Source: a virus | Taxonomy: Duplodnaviria > Caudoviricetes | Length of the DNA: 64,000 nt | IMG/VR virus record: IMGVR_UViG_3300031993_000006 | Span: 195,975-259,974 of that record | Direction: 5' to 3' (one strand) | Shown: one piece after another, positions 1 to 8,050 of the stretch | Numbering within the stretch: the stretch's first letter is position 1 | How the letters are laid out: the number at the start of each line of letters is the position of its first letter | Position numbers and translations under genes: made by a program | The notes under the pieces: generated by a model | The model's input: only the letters and a program-made list of their open reading frames with translations | Database searches by the model: none | What the model was told of the DNA's origin: nothing

Positions 1-632
1 TCCTTCTGCCAACGGAGCTGTATACCGTACTCGTCTATGAGGTATCCGTTGCACCGGGTCCATGTTCCGTCAAGGAACCTGTCAAGATGTCTATGCCGGC
101 ATACCGGAAGCTTGATGTGCTCGCCACCGGTGCATTTCAGTCGGACATATCCATAGAAATATCCATCTTCGGTCAGTTCGAAATCAGCACATTTGCTGGA
201 TACTTCGATACCGGCATCGGATAAGTCTGGCTTACGTGGAATCGAAGATTCTATCTTGTCCCATAGCCGTTCGTTATATTTCCCTTCGCCGGCGAGCTTG
301 TCGAACATCGCGACACGCTTTGCTTCCTTGGACAACACTGCGCGGAGCTTGCCGCACAGTTGGTTGGTCAGTGAATTCAGCATACGGGCACTTAACCATG
401 TATCAACATCAAAATGATTGTAGTCAAGGTATTTTGGAAGTGCGAACTTGAACTTTGTAATGTTGAATTCATGCTCGATGCCATCTTCATACCATATGTA
501 TCCGTTCAACCACATGTCATCGCACAGCAATTGCATCACGCGACGCCATTCCGCAAGCAGAACTGACAGTTCATTCTGTTTGCACTGGTTTGCGTACTTG
601 CTTATGATGTGATTGGTCGAACGAGTAAACAT
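1..632 (-). CDS. tnpB: TnpB/Cas12f-like RNA-guided nuclease, N-terminal part (truncated by window edge)
   Basis: Manually translated open frame MFTRSTNHIISKYANQCKQNEL...YVRLKCTGGEHIKLPV...IQLRWQK starting 3 nt after the tnpA stop. RuvC motifs are not visible, so the call rests mainly on position. Confidence 0.65.
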   Translation of the reverse strand, partial: MFTRSTNHIISKYANQCKQNELSVLLAEWRRVMQLLCDDMWLNGYIWYEDGIEHEFNITKFKFALPKYLDYNHFDVDTWLSARMLNSLTNQLCGKLRAVLSKEAKRVAMFDKLAGEGKYNERLWDKIESSIPRKPDLSDAGIEVSSKCADFELTEDGYFYGYVRLKCTGGEHIKLPVCRHRHLDRFLDGTWTRCNGYLIDEYGIQLRWQK

Positions 633-634
633 GA

Positions 635-1222
635 CTATTCTTCCTTGGCCTCCAGGGCTTCCTTCATCTTCTTGGCCTTATTCTGCCCGCGGCGTGCTCC
701 GTATAGGCGACAGCAGAAACTTGTAACTATGGCTATCATGTCTTTTATAATATCCTGCTCGTTTGTATCATTGGGATACATCACATCGACAGTACAGTTC
801 AACCTTGATAGCAACCGTTCTATATAGTTAAACCCAAACCGAGTTAATCGGTCGCGGTTCTCGCAAATTACCGTCGTCGGGTTGCTTGAAATCATTTCCC
901 AGAACTTTGGACGGTTGTCATTCATCCCCGATGCAATTTCCTTGTATATGGCGGCAACCTTGTATCCGTTCTTCGCGGCATAATCCTTGCACCGTTCTAC
1001 TTGTCTTTCAAGGTCATCCTTCTTGTCATGGGTACTTACGCGAGTATAGATGACTACCCGTTCTTCCTTGACTAACGGATTGGCTATGTCCATGTCGACA
1101 TAGATACTCTTGGTATCTGGGTCCTGAAAAGCACCCGGTATCTTTCCGGCATGGAACTTGTCGTTTGCCGTCTGGTAGCTCATGCCGTTTTCCTTGGCGT
1201 ATTTGGATAACTTTACTTTCAT
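635..1222 (-). CDS. tnpA: IS607-family transposase (serine recombinase with N-terminal HTH)
   Basis: N-terminal HTH (VKLSKYAKENGMSYQTA), catalytic IYTRVS, EIASG, ENRDRLTRFGF, C-terminal SFCCRLYG. Confidence 0.95.
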   Translation of the reverse strand: MKVKLSKYAKENGMSYQTANDKFHAGKIPGAFQDPDTKSIYVDMDIANPLVKEERVVIYTRVSTHDKKDDLERQVERCKDYAAKNGYKVAAIYKEIASGMNDNRPKFWEMISSNPTTVICENRDRLTRFGFNYIERLLSRLNCTVDVMYPNDTNEQDIIKDMIAIVTSFCCRLYGARRGQNKAKKMKEALEAKEE

Positions 1223-1389
1223 TTCTATACCCAGTTTATATTTCCTACCATAGAAATTATCTCATATTTACATCATATAATGCATTGTTGTATTATTTTT
1301 TACTATATTTCTAGTATTATGATGAAGGACGATATATGGCATCTCACGGGAACCTCCCGGAAATCCTAAAGAAAACTTACGGAAACGAG

Positions 1390-1420
1390 TTGACAGGGTT
1401 TGAAAATTTGCTATATTTGA
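1390..1420 (+). promoter_or_regulatory. Promoter of tRNA cluster (TTGACA ... TTGCTATATTTG)
   Basis: TTGACA at 1390 followed by the GCTATATTTG motif that recurs upstream of many operons (~7002, 9401, 13666, 16734, 19416, 20592). Confidence 0.6.
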
Positions 1421-1615
1421 GTCAGCGGGGAATCCACCGAGGTTCCCGAGAAGTTTGACAAGATGGCTGCGATGCCTTCCATATTCAGGTTAAATATGGC
1501 GTTGGGTACGATATCCCCGTGCCTGAATTATTCAGGTGGCATTTTGGGAGCTTTACGAAACTCCACCGTGCCGTCCGGGAGACGGACGAAGCAGTGCCGA
1601 ATGTGCATTGCAGGA

Positions 1616-1688
1616 TACCCTTAGTGGAATAGTGAACACGCGCGGGGTCGCAGCCGCGAGATATCGCCTGCTCAGGGCGGTAGGGGAA
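1616..1688 (+). other. Aberrant tRNA-like cloverleaf
   Basis: Acceptor TACCCT/AGGGGA, D-arm GTG..CAC, stem CGCGG/CCGCG with 8-nt loop, stem ATCGCC/GGCGGT with non-canonical loop TGCTCAG. Confidence 0.35.
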
Positions 1689-1932
1689 TTAAAACCGGCG
1701 TGATGCTGGCCTACTTGGAACCAATACGGATGTTTTTGCCTTTTATCCTGGCTGTTTTACATCCGTCTCCTTTTGGTTGTATCGAACTTACTCCAAGTAG
1801 TCCAGCGTCCGCCTAGTGTTTGGATGCAATTTGGCGTCCGTTAAAAGGATGGTCAAATGTGCGTGAGCTACACGTCCATTTGTAGTCTCGAGAGGGACGA
1901 CAAAACGCGCGCATTGCATCCATTAGCCAGCG

Positions 1933-2006
1933 AACGGTGTAGCTCAGCGAGGTAGAGCGGGGGAGGAAATATCCCAGGGTCGCCGGTTCGATTCCGGTCA
2001 CCTTGT
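1933..2006 (+). tRNA. Degenerate/pseudo tRNA (anticodon loop GGAAATA, no U33)
   Basis: Canonical D-arm TAGCTCAG..GGTAGAGC and T-arm GGTTCGATTCC, but mismatched acceptor stem and atypical anticodon loop. Confidence 0.55.
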
Positions 2007-2027
2007 AGCTGGCAAGCCTTTTATTAT

Positions 2028-2101
2028 CGCGGGGTGGAGCAGTTGGTAGCTCGTCGGGCCCATAACCCGAAGGTCGCGGCGTTCGAGTCCCGCTCCCGCT
2101 A
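2028..2101 (+). tRNA. tRNA-fMet (CAT)
   Basis: CGCGGGGTGGAGCAG..GGTAGCTCGTCGGG-CCCATAA-CCCGA; three G-C pairs in anticodon stem; C1 unpaired; C33. Confidence 0.92.
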
Positions 2102-2204
2102 CGAAACCCAAACACCCAAATACACCCACGGCGAATCCTCGGAATCGCCCGCAGTGTTCATGGCCCGGGCCATGGATAATCCCCGGGGAAATTTTGATAT
2201 GGAA

Positions 2205-2279
2205 GGAGTCATAGCTCAATTTGGTTAGAGCACCGGCCTGTCACGCCGGAGGTTACCGGTTCAAGTCCGGTTGGCTTCG
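2205..2279 (+). tRNA. tRNA-Asp (GTC)
   Basis: Cloverleaf, CCGGC-CTGTCAC-GCCGG, GGTTCAAGTCC. Confidence 0.95.
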
Positions 2280-2720
2280 CTAAGCGATACCGCTTTATGT
2301 TCTTTTGGATGGATAATCATGGCGTCGACTCACCTCTTCGTTTTGACCTCCTTTTTGGCTTTCTGCAGCGAGCGGTATCGTTTGAAGTTTGCCGATACAT
2401 GTAGGTTGTTCCTTTTTCTCACTTGAAAAGTTTACAACCCGTGTCGGCTATCAATTTCCCGGACCTGTACAACTCTGTTAAAATTTTGTTCCGACTGGCT
2501 CATACAGGCCCGGGCAACCTCATTAAGTAGTGCCTTATTGTTAAATACGGTTCGAGTCCGGGCGGTCCTTTCCTCGCCAAAAGTAAGGAAATCTGGACAG
2601 CTAGAGGAGGAAATATGGTTGGCGATTCCGGGTGCTATGATGTTTTGGACAGTGGCCACATAGGAAGTTCCTTTAATTTCGATTGGATGAATTTTACTTC
2701 CCGGCGTTCTGTCCTATCAT

Positions 2721-2796
2721 GTCCCGGTAGCTCAGTTGGACTCAGAGTGCAGCCCTCCGAAGGCTGAGGTCACAGGTTCGAGCCCTGTTCGGGACA
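2721..2796 (+). tRNA. tRNA-Arg (CCG)
   Basis: Cloverleaf, CAGCC-CTCCGAA-GGCTG. Confidence 0.93.
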
Positions 2797-2824
2797 CTAC
2801 GATTGAATTTGATTTGTGCTATCC

Positions 2825-3122
2825 GGGTTGCTAGCAGTTAACGAAAATGTTAGCAAAACTTAACTAAATATAACGAAATATTCTATTGAAATACATAGAA
2901 AATAACCTATATTTAGAAATGCCTAGTTTGACATGCCGACCGTGTTAAGGCTCTTCAGCAATGGAGTAGGACTAGGCAAGTTAGTCGTATTGCTTGATGC
3001 ATATTAGGAATATCGCGTAGATGCGGCTGATTAAATGCCATTACGGCCTACCCAGCAATGGGCAAGGTAGGAAATCACATAGGTCTATCTCTTGGTAGAT
3101 TTAAGTAGGTTTCAGTTAATGG
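2825..3122 (+). mobile_element. ORF-less IS607-like miniature element carrying a structured RNA (putative omega-RNA), copy 1
   Basis: Closely similar inverted copy at 41977-42264. GG at both ends, IS607-type right end GTAGATTTAAGTAGGTTTCAGTTAATGG, compensatory changes between the copies. Confidence 0.7.
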
Positions 3123-3176
3123 TCTTCAGACTCTCCCAGTTAGCTTCTTAAGGGATGTCCTGTCGCATTACCAATA

Positions 3177-3384
3177 CGCGGCGGTGAGTGGCAGGGCATC
3201 CCGCTTGAGTGTCTTCATTGGATAGACGGGGACTCCCACTTTATGCACAGTAGGCCAAACGCACCTTCCAGCCAGGGTCACGATGCCCCTCCAGGTCCTG
3301 CCGGCGATATTGACGCCACGACTGAGGTGACGAGGTAACTGCGCAATATGAGGCGCCACGGCGCGGCGGTACCCACTGGCCGCG
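3177..3384 (+). ncRNA. Putative structured ncRNA of unknown class
   Basis: Closing helix CGCGGC-GGTGAGT/ACCCACT-G-GCCGCG and inner helix GGGCATC/GATGCCC; GC-rich; lies among RNA genes. Confidence 0.4.
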
Positions 3385-3422
3385 GGAGAAACAGTTGAGA
3401 GGCTGTTGCAGTGGGACGGTTT

Positions 3423-3495
3423 TCCGGAATAGCTCAGTTGGTAGAGCGGCTGCATCGTAAGCAGCGGGTCGCTAGTTCGAGCCTGGCTTCCGGAG
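3423..3495 (+). tRNA. tRNA-Thr (CGT)
   Basis: Cloverleaf, GCTGC-ATCGTAA-GCAGC; U1-A72, G73. Confidence 0.88.
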
Positions 3496-3839
3496 TAACT
3501 GTGGAGATAGAATAGCTTGCGCGGCATCGAGATGCCTGAATGTTGTCGCGTGGAGTTTCTTGGGGTGACAGGTATCTAGCCCCATGTTATTTTTTGGAGT
3601 TTTTCTCCCCTGCCTTTCGGGCGGAGGGTTCGCGCGTGGTCATCGAAGTGGTCACGCGAAGGTAAAACGATAACCGGGCGTTAATACCCGGACTATGTTT
3701 AAAAAACGCTTGTGTTCCTTTTGTAATTTGGCCTTAAAAGGAATGAAAAGACTGGCTATATAGCGTGATGGCTAAAACCGTAATGCGGTGCGATTGATGC
3801 TGGTCAAAGAGGCAAGTTATGGCGTTTCTTGCCTTACCC

Positions 3840-3912
3840 GGGCGGGTAGCTCAGTTGGTAGAGCAGCGGTAGCGAATGCCGCGGGTCGCTGGTTCAAGTC
3901 CAAGTCGCTCCA
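3840..3912 (+). tRNA. Degenerate/pseudo tRNA (loop AGCGAAT, nominal CGA, no U33, no long variable arm)
   Basis: Canonical D-arm and GGTTCAAGTCC; imperfect acceptor and T stems. Confidence 0.55.
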
Positions 3913-4281
3913 CTAAAGAATTTGATAAAGTTTGCCGTGCAGACGAATGGTTTTCTCGTGGGTTTTCCTACTTCATTGAACGAGATTATCGTGAGTCTGC
4001 ATTGAGAAAGCCCGTATAGCCATACGGGAAACCTCAGGGGTATGACAGGCACCCGGGCATACTTGTCTGTTTTACTATGTCTTCCGGGTAATTGTAGTGC
4101 AATGACAGTTTTCTCTTTTTGTTTCTTTTCGCATTACAGATATACGGGGTCCGGCTCCAAAGGTAATCTGGAAGCCGTGAGTACATTACATTATTGTGCA
4201 TACCCGGGTGGCTCCGGGAGATTCCTGGGTTGAATTTCTTGGATGGCCGCTAGCAGGTTTTCAAGGGAAACAACCCATTCC

Positions 4282-4357
4282 GGTTCCGTAGCTCAGTTGG
4301 ATTCAGAGCGTCTCGCTACGAACGAGGAGGTCCCAGGTTCGAGCCCTGGCGGAACTA
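4282..4357 (+). tRNA. tRNA-Arg (ACG)
   Basis: Cloverleaf, TCTCG-CTACGAA-CGAGG. Confidence 0.93.
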
Positions 4358-4489
4358 CTATTTTGATTTTTCTGAATCCCGCTAGGTACTTAGGGGGATA
4401 GGGCAGGACAGCGTGTCAGAAGCGTTGATTACCGGGGCGATGCATTGCCAATGGGAATCTAACTGACCCCGCGCGTTTGATTGTTTGAT

Positions 4490-4564
4490 GTTCCGGTAGC
4501 TCAACTTGGACAGAGCGTCTCCCTCCTAAGGAGAAGGTTGCGCGTTCGAGTCGCGCCCGGGATA
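4490..4564 (+). tRNA. tRNA-Arg (CCT)
   Basis: Cloverleaf, TCTCC-CTCCTAA-GGAGA. Confidence 0.93.
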
Positions 4565-4571
4565 CTAAACT

Positions 4572-4651
4572 CGGGGTGTAGTTCAGCCAGGTTATTATAG
4601 AGTGCTTGCTTTGGAAGCAAGATGTCGTCAGTTCGAATCTGGCTACCCCGA
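4572..4651 (+). tRNA. tRNA-Pro (TGG)
   Basis: CGGGGTG acceptor, CTTGC-TTTGGAA-GCAAG; enlarged D-loop. Confidence 0.9.
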
Positions 4652-4666
4652 CGAGAAGATTTTTAC

Positions 4667-4758
4667 GGAGGCGTGGACGAGTTGGTCTATGTCGCACCCC
4701 TGCTAAGGGTGTAGGGCAGATAAAACTGCCCTCGCTAGTTCGAATCTAGCCGCCTCCT
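4667..4758 (+). tRNA. tRNA-Ser (GCT)
   Basis: CACCC-CTGCTAA-GGGTG with long variable arm. Confidence 0.93.
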
Positions 4759-4765
4759 CTAACTT

Positions 4766-4838
4766 TCCGGATTAGCTCAGCTGGTAGAGCACCTGATTTG
4801 TAATCAGGGGGTCGGCGGTTCGAGCCCGTCATCCGGAG
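4766..4838 (+). tRNA. tRNA-Thr (TGT)
   Basis: CCTGA-TTTGTAA-TCAGG; U1-A72, G73. Confidence 0.92.
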
Positions 4839-4935
4839 CGGATTTTGGGAGATTCCCGGCGGTTTCCCGAAGAACTGAGAAAGACTCATGTTATATGTCC
4901 TTGTGTGTCACCGGGGTCCCTTTTAGGTAACAACA

Positions 4936-5091
4936 ATGAAGAAGAAACCATACACTTCACCAAAGATGGAAGTCGTCAATTACGAAGCCGAAACAAGGCT
5001 TCTCGCAGGTTCTTCCACTGAAGACGATGACCCGTACTGGAAACCGCCTGAGACTCCGGCAGGATGCCAGTCTGCATGGTGGTGCGGGTAA
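4936..5091 (+). CDS. 51-aa peptide with YxxPxxEVV...LLAGS leader-like motif
   Basis: Manual translation MKKKPYTSPKMEVVNYEAETRLLAGSSTEDDDPYWKPPETPAGCQSAWWCG; AGGT RBS upstream. Confidence 0.75.
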   Translation: MKKKPYTSPKMEVVNYEAETRLLAGSSTEDDDPYWKPPETPAGCQSAWWCG

Positions 5092-5099
5092 GGCTTTAC

Positions 5100-5172
5100 G
5101 GCGCTATCGTCTAGTGGCCAAGGACAAGGCCCTCTCAAGGCTTAAACACCGGTTCAAATCCGGTTGGCGCTA
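5100..5172 (+). tRNA. tRNA-Glu (CTC)
   Basis: TCGTCTAGTGGCCAAGGAC D-arm, AGGCC-CTCTCAA-GGCTT. Confidence 0.93.
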
Positions 5173-5880
5173 TAGTTTAATCGTTCCGTTCGCAACCGAG
5201 ATTCTCCGGAGAATATCCCGGGGGACAACGAGGTTGATATGGAACTGGCCCTTCGTGGTACTTGCCGCGAAATACGGGCCGTAATCATCGAAGTTCCTCA
5301 GCAGGGTTCTCCCGTGGAATCTCGTGGTGCTCCCGTTGCGGACAGTATCCTCTCGTCGGGCGCGGTAGCCGTTATCTGCCCAGCATTCCTTTATTCGTTC
5401 GCACCGGTCGTTGATGCTTTCCATCGTGAGGCCGTATCGAGCGAGTTCGGCGAGAAGCCGGGGTTTTGCAACAAGGGCGTACTTGATTTCCTCTGGGTGC
5501 CACTCGGGTTCTGACCGGAAGCGGTCAATCCAGAGCAGCATATAGGAATCGGTGAGTATGTCCGGGTTGATGAACCATCCGGGCTTTCCCTCGGTATCAT
5601 CCGGGGAATGCGTGGTGAAGAGTTCGAAGCTGTATGTCCGGAGGGCGTGGCCTTCACCGGTACAGGAATCGACTCCGTATGATGTCGCAGCCTTTTCGTC
5701 ACACTGGTATGTTTTATTTTTGAGATAGAACGATATGTCGATGCCCAGCTTCTGTGTGCTTGCGTCTTCATTGCGCTTGACTTCGGAGAATCCCCAGGTA
5801 TCGGTATATAGGTTCGCGTCAAGTATAGTACCGAGGTACTGTTCCTGAGCGTGGTCTTTCTTGTAAGAGTGATGGAACAT
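5170..5880 (-). CDS. Hypothetical protein, probable PD-(D/E)xK nuclease fold
   Basis: EQYLG...QKLGID...CDEKAA...FEL pattern. Confidence 0.6.
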   Translation of the reverse strand: MFHHSYKKDHAQEQYLGTILDANLYTDTWGFSEVKRNEDASTQKLGIDISFYLKNKTYQCDEKAATSYGVDSCTGEGHALRTYSFELFTTHSPDDTEGKPGWFINPDILTDSYMLLWIDRFRSEPEWHPEEIKYALVAKPRLLAELARYGLTMESINDRCERIKECWADNGYRARREDTVRNGSTTRFHGRTLLRNFDDYGPYFAASTTKGQFHINLVVPRDILRRISVANGTIKL

Positions 5881-6188
5881 ACTTGATGTTTATAGATTTC
5901 GACCCGGTAGTTTAAATGAGCTATGGCTAAAGACCAAGTGCTTAGAACACTGGCGGCACGAGGGCGCAATGAAGTTTTGTCGAATAATGGATGTGTCAAT
6001 CACCGCCGGCAATGCAGGTAATTAGTCCTGTCCGGTTTTCTTTTGTGCCTAGCTAAGGTACTGCGGAATCGTGGTATATCTGGCGCCCTGGTCAATGCGC
6101 AAGGCCCAAAGGTTCCCGATGAAGGTGGACGGGACAACGGCACTCTTTTGATATAATTTCCTGATTGTTATTGGTTTGAGGTAGGAAT

Positions 6189-6707
6189 ATGTCTGTATTG
6201 CATATAATGGTGGGAATACCGTCATCGGGGAAGAGTACATACGCCAAGAAGCTTGCCGAGGAAACCGGTGCTGTAATCATATCTAGCGACGGAATCCGCG
6301 CGGAACTGAGCGGTACCGAAGAGTATAACGAAGCCCAGAATTACAAGGTGATTTGCACCATCCGTGGCAGGCTCCGCCATCTCATAAAGGACCACGATGT
6401 CATCATAGACGCTACCAATGTCCATGTTGCCGATTGGAGGGACTACATCGACCGATGCCCGCCCGATATCACCGTTAAGGTGCATTGGTTCGAGATTCCG
6501 CCTGAAGTCGCTATGCAGCGTATGGAGGGGCGTGAGCGCAAGGTCTGCAAGGAAGTTCTCCGGGACAAGTGGAACACGATGACCTCCAACAAGAAATTTC
6601 TCGAAAAATACATAAACCCGAAAATATCGTGTACATTACGCCCGATATGCACTAGATTACCTCGTAGGATAACTAGAGGTATTGTATATGGCAAAGAAGA
6701 AGCGTGA
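6189..6707 (+). CDS. P-loop kinase (AAA_33 / polynucleotide-kinase-like)
   Basis: GIPSSGKST, ISSDGIR, IIDATN, RxxxR lid. Confidence 0.85.
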   Translation: MSVLHIMVGIPSSGKSTYAKKLAEETGAVIISSDGIRAELSGTEEYNEAQNYKVICTIRGRLRHLIKDHDVIIDATNVHVADWRDYIDRCPPDITVKVHWFEIPPEVAMQRMEGRERKVCKEVLRDKWNTMTSNKKFLEKYINPKISCTLRPICTRLPRRITRGIVYGKEEA

Positions 6708-6867
6708 TTTTGTGCTTGAAACCGACGAACAGCGTAAGGAACGCTGGGCCAAGCAGGCCAAGACGGTGAAGACTTTTGCCCGCGTCTGCGGCATCGATGC
6801 TAAGAAAATCAAGCGCGAACGCGAATGGACTGAGAAGCTAGCCGAAATGGCCCGGAGGGATTACTAG
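6688..6867 (+). CDS. Hypothetical protein
   Basis: GAGGT RBS, 59 aa ORF. Confidence 0.6.
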   Translation: MAKKKRDFVLETDEQRKERWAKQAKTVKTFARVCGIDAKKIKREREWTEKLAEMARRDY

Positions 6868-6876
6868 GGATTTACC

Positions 6877-6966
6877 GGCGGGTTGCCCGAGTGGTTATAA
6901 GGGAGCGGTCCTGAACACCGCCGACGTGCGTGAGTGCGTCCATCCGTTCGAATCGGATACCCGCTT
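6877..6966 (+). tRNA. tRNA-Ser (TGA), C33
   Basis: GCGGT-CCTGAAC-ACCGC, long variable arm, GTTCGAATC. Confidence 0.88.
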
Positions 6967-7036
6967 TTTCTAAGGCGCCGTGCAGAAATGCGCGGCGCTT
7001 TTGCTATATTTGTTAAATATAAATGATGAGGAATTT

Positions 7037-8050
7037 ATGAGTAATAAGCCTAGTGTATATATTGGTGGTCCACTGGTTAACCAAGCGGACGAGGAAAAAC
7101 AAGTACATGTGTCTGTGGAAACCGGGAGAAGGAATCAGCAGGTACTTCTTGTAAGTGGTATGCATGGCAATGAGCAGAATGCTGTACTTGCTTCGATAGG
7201 GGTGGTATCTTCCTGCACTTGGTCTGATATCGATGTGTCGTATATAATTGGAGTTAACCGGAATGGGTTATTGCGGTCGGTTCGCGATTTTGCACCGGTT
7301 GACAATAAGCCGGTGACCGATATGAACCGGGTATTCAATGTACTGACCGATAAGGACTTTCCTTCTCCAGAGGATATGCGGGATGGAATTGTACCGGTGA
7401 TTTCTAAATCTGATATTGTTGTCGATGTACACAATTCTCCAAGCTGTTCCAATATGGTTGTTATCGACAATAACGAGTATGCGGCCAATATCGTCAGGTT
7501 CTGCTTGGCTCACGGCATTCAGTACTATGTTGCCAACAAGAGCAATCCGGGAACGCTGAAGCAGTACGCGTTCAGAATGAATAAGCTTGGGTTTACCGTG
7601 GAACTTAATGGGATGACCATCGGGCCTCTCCATGGTAAAGTGATTGCTTCCCAGAGAGCGTTCTTGATTAATCTCCTTGCTGCGCTCAATACGACATCGG
7701 CCACAGAAATAAAAGGACTTCCGTGCGAACCCATCCCGTATGAAAAGGCTACCCGTGAAATATACAACTGCGGCGGGTATGGGATTGTTGAGTTTGATGA
7801 GCGGGTTTTCGCGGGCGATATGTCCAGAGAACTGTTCAGGAAGGGCGAAACTTTTGCACATATCATTGATATGGAATCCCACGAATCCCGCGAACTCAAG
7901 ATGCCTTGCGATGGGTGGGTAATTGATATTGATGCTGCCGTCGATTCCAAGACGGATTCTTCCATCTTTGCTGTTCCGGGAAAGGCTATCTGTACTGTTC
8001 AGCCGAAAATCAACTATACTGACCTCCCGGTACATAAGGCGGAAGCTTGA
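7037..8050 (+). CDS. Succinylglutamate desuccinylase/aspartoacylase (M14) family protein
   Basis: GMHGNE, DMNR, VDVH, TVE motifs. Confidence 0.85.
   Translation: MSNKPSVYIGGPLVNQADEEKQVHVSVETGRRNQQVLLVSGMHGNEQNAVLASIGVVSSCTWSDIDVSYIIGVNRNGLLRSVRDFAPVDNKPVTDMNRVFNVLTDKDFPSPEDMRDGIVPVISKSDIVVDVHNSPSCSNMVVIDNNEYAANIVRFCLAHGIQYYVANKSNPGTLKQYAFRMNKLGFTVELNGMTIGPLHGKVIASQRAFLINLLAALNTTSATEIKGLPCEPIPYEKATREIYNCGGYGIVEFDERVFAGDMSRELFRKGETFAHIIDMESHESRELKMPCDGWVIDIDAAVDSKTDSSIFAVPGKAICTVQPKINYTDLPVHKAEA

Larger units (their letters stand above)
1..1344 (-). mobile_element. IS607-family element (tnpA + tnpB-like ORF), right end outside window
   Basis: IS607-type serine recombinase directly followed by a TnpB-like ORF. 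AT-rich left end starts GAG|ATG at ~1342-1344, like the left end of the 29227-30775 element. Confidence 0.8.

Noticed and set aside
3177-3420. RNase P or tmRNA assignment
   Set aside because: The conserved GAGGAAAGUCC/AGAACCCGGCUUA and tmRNA terminal signatures are absent.
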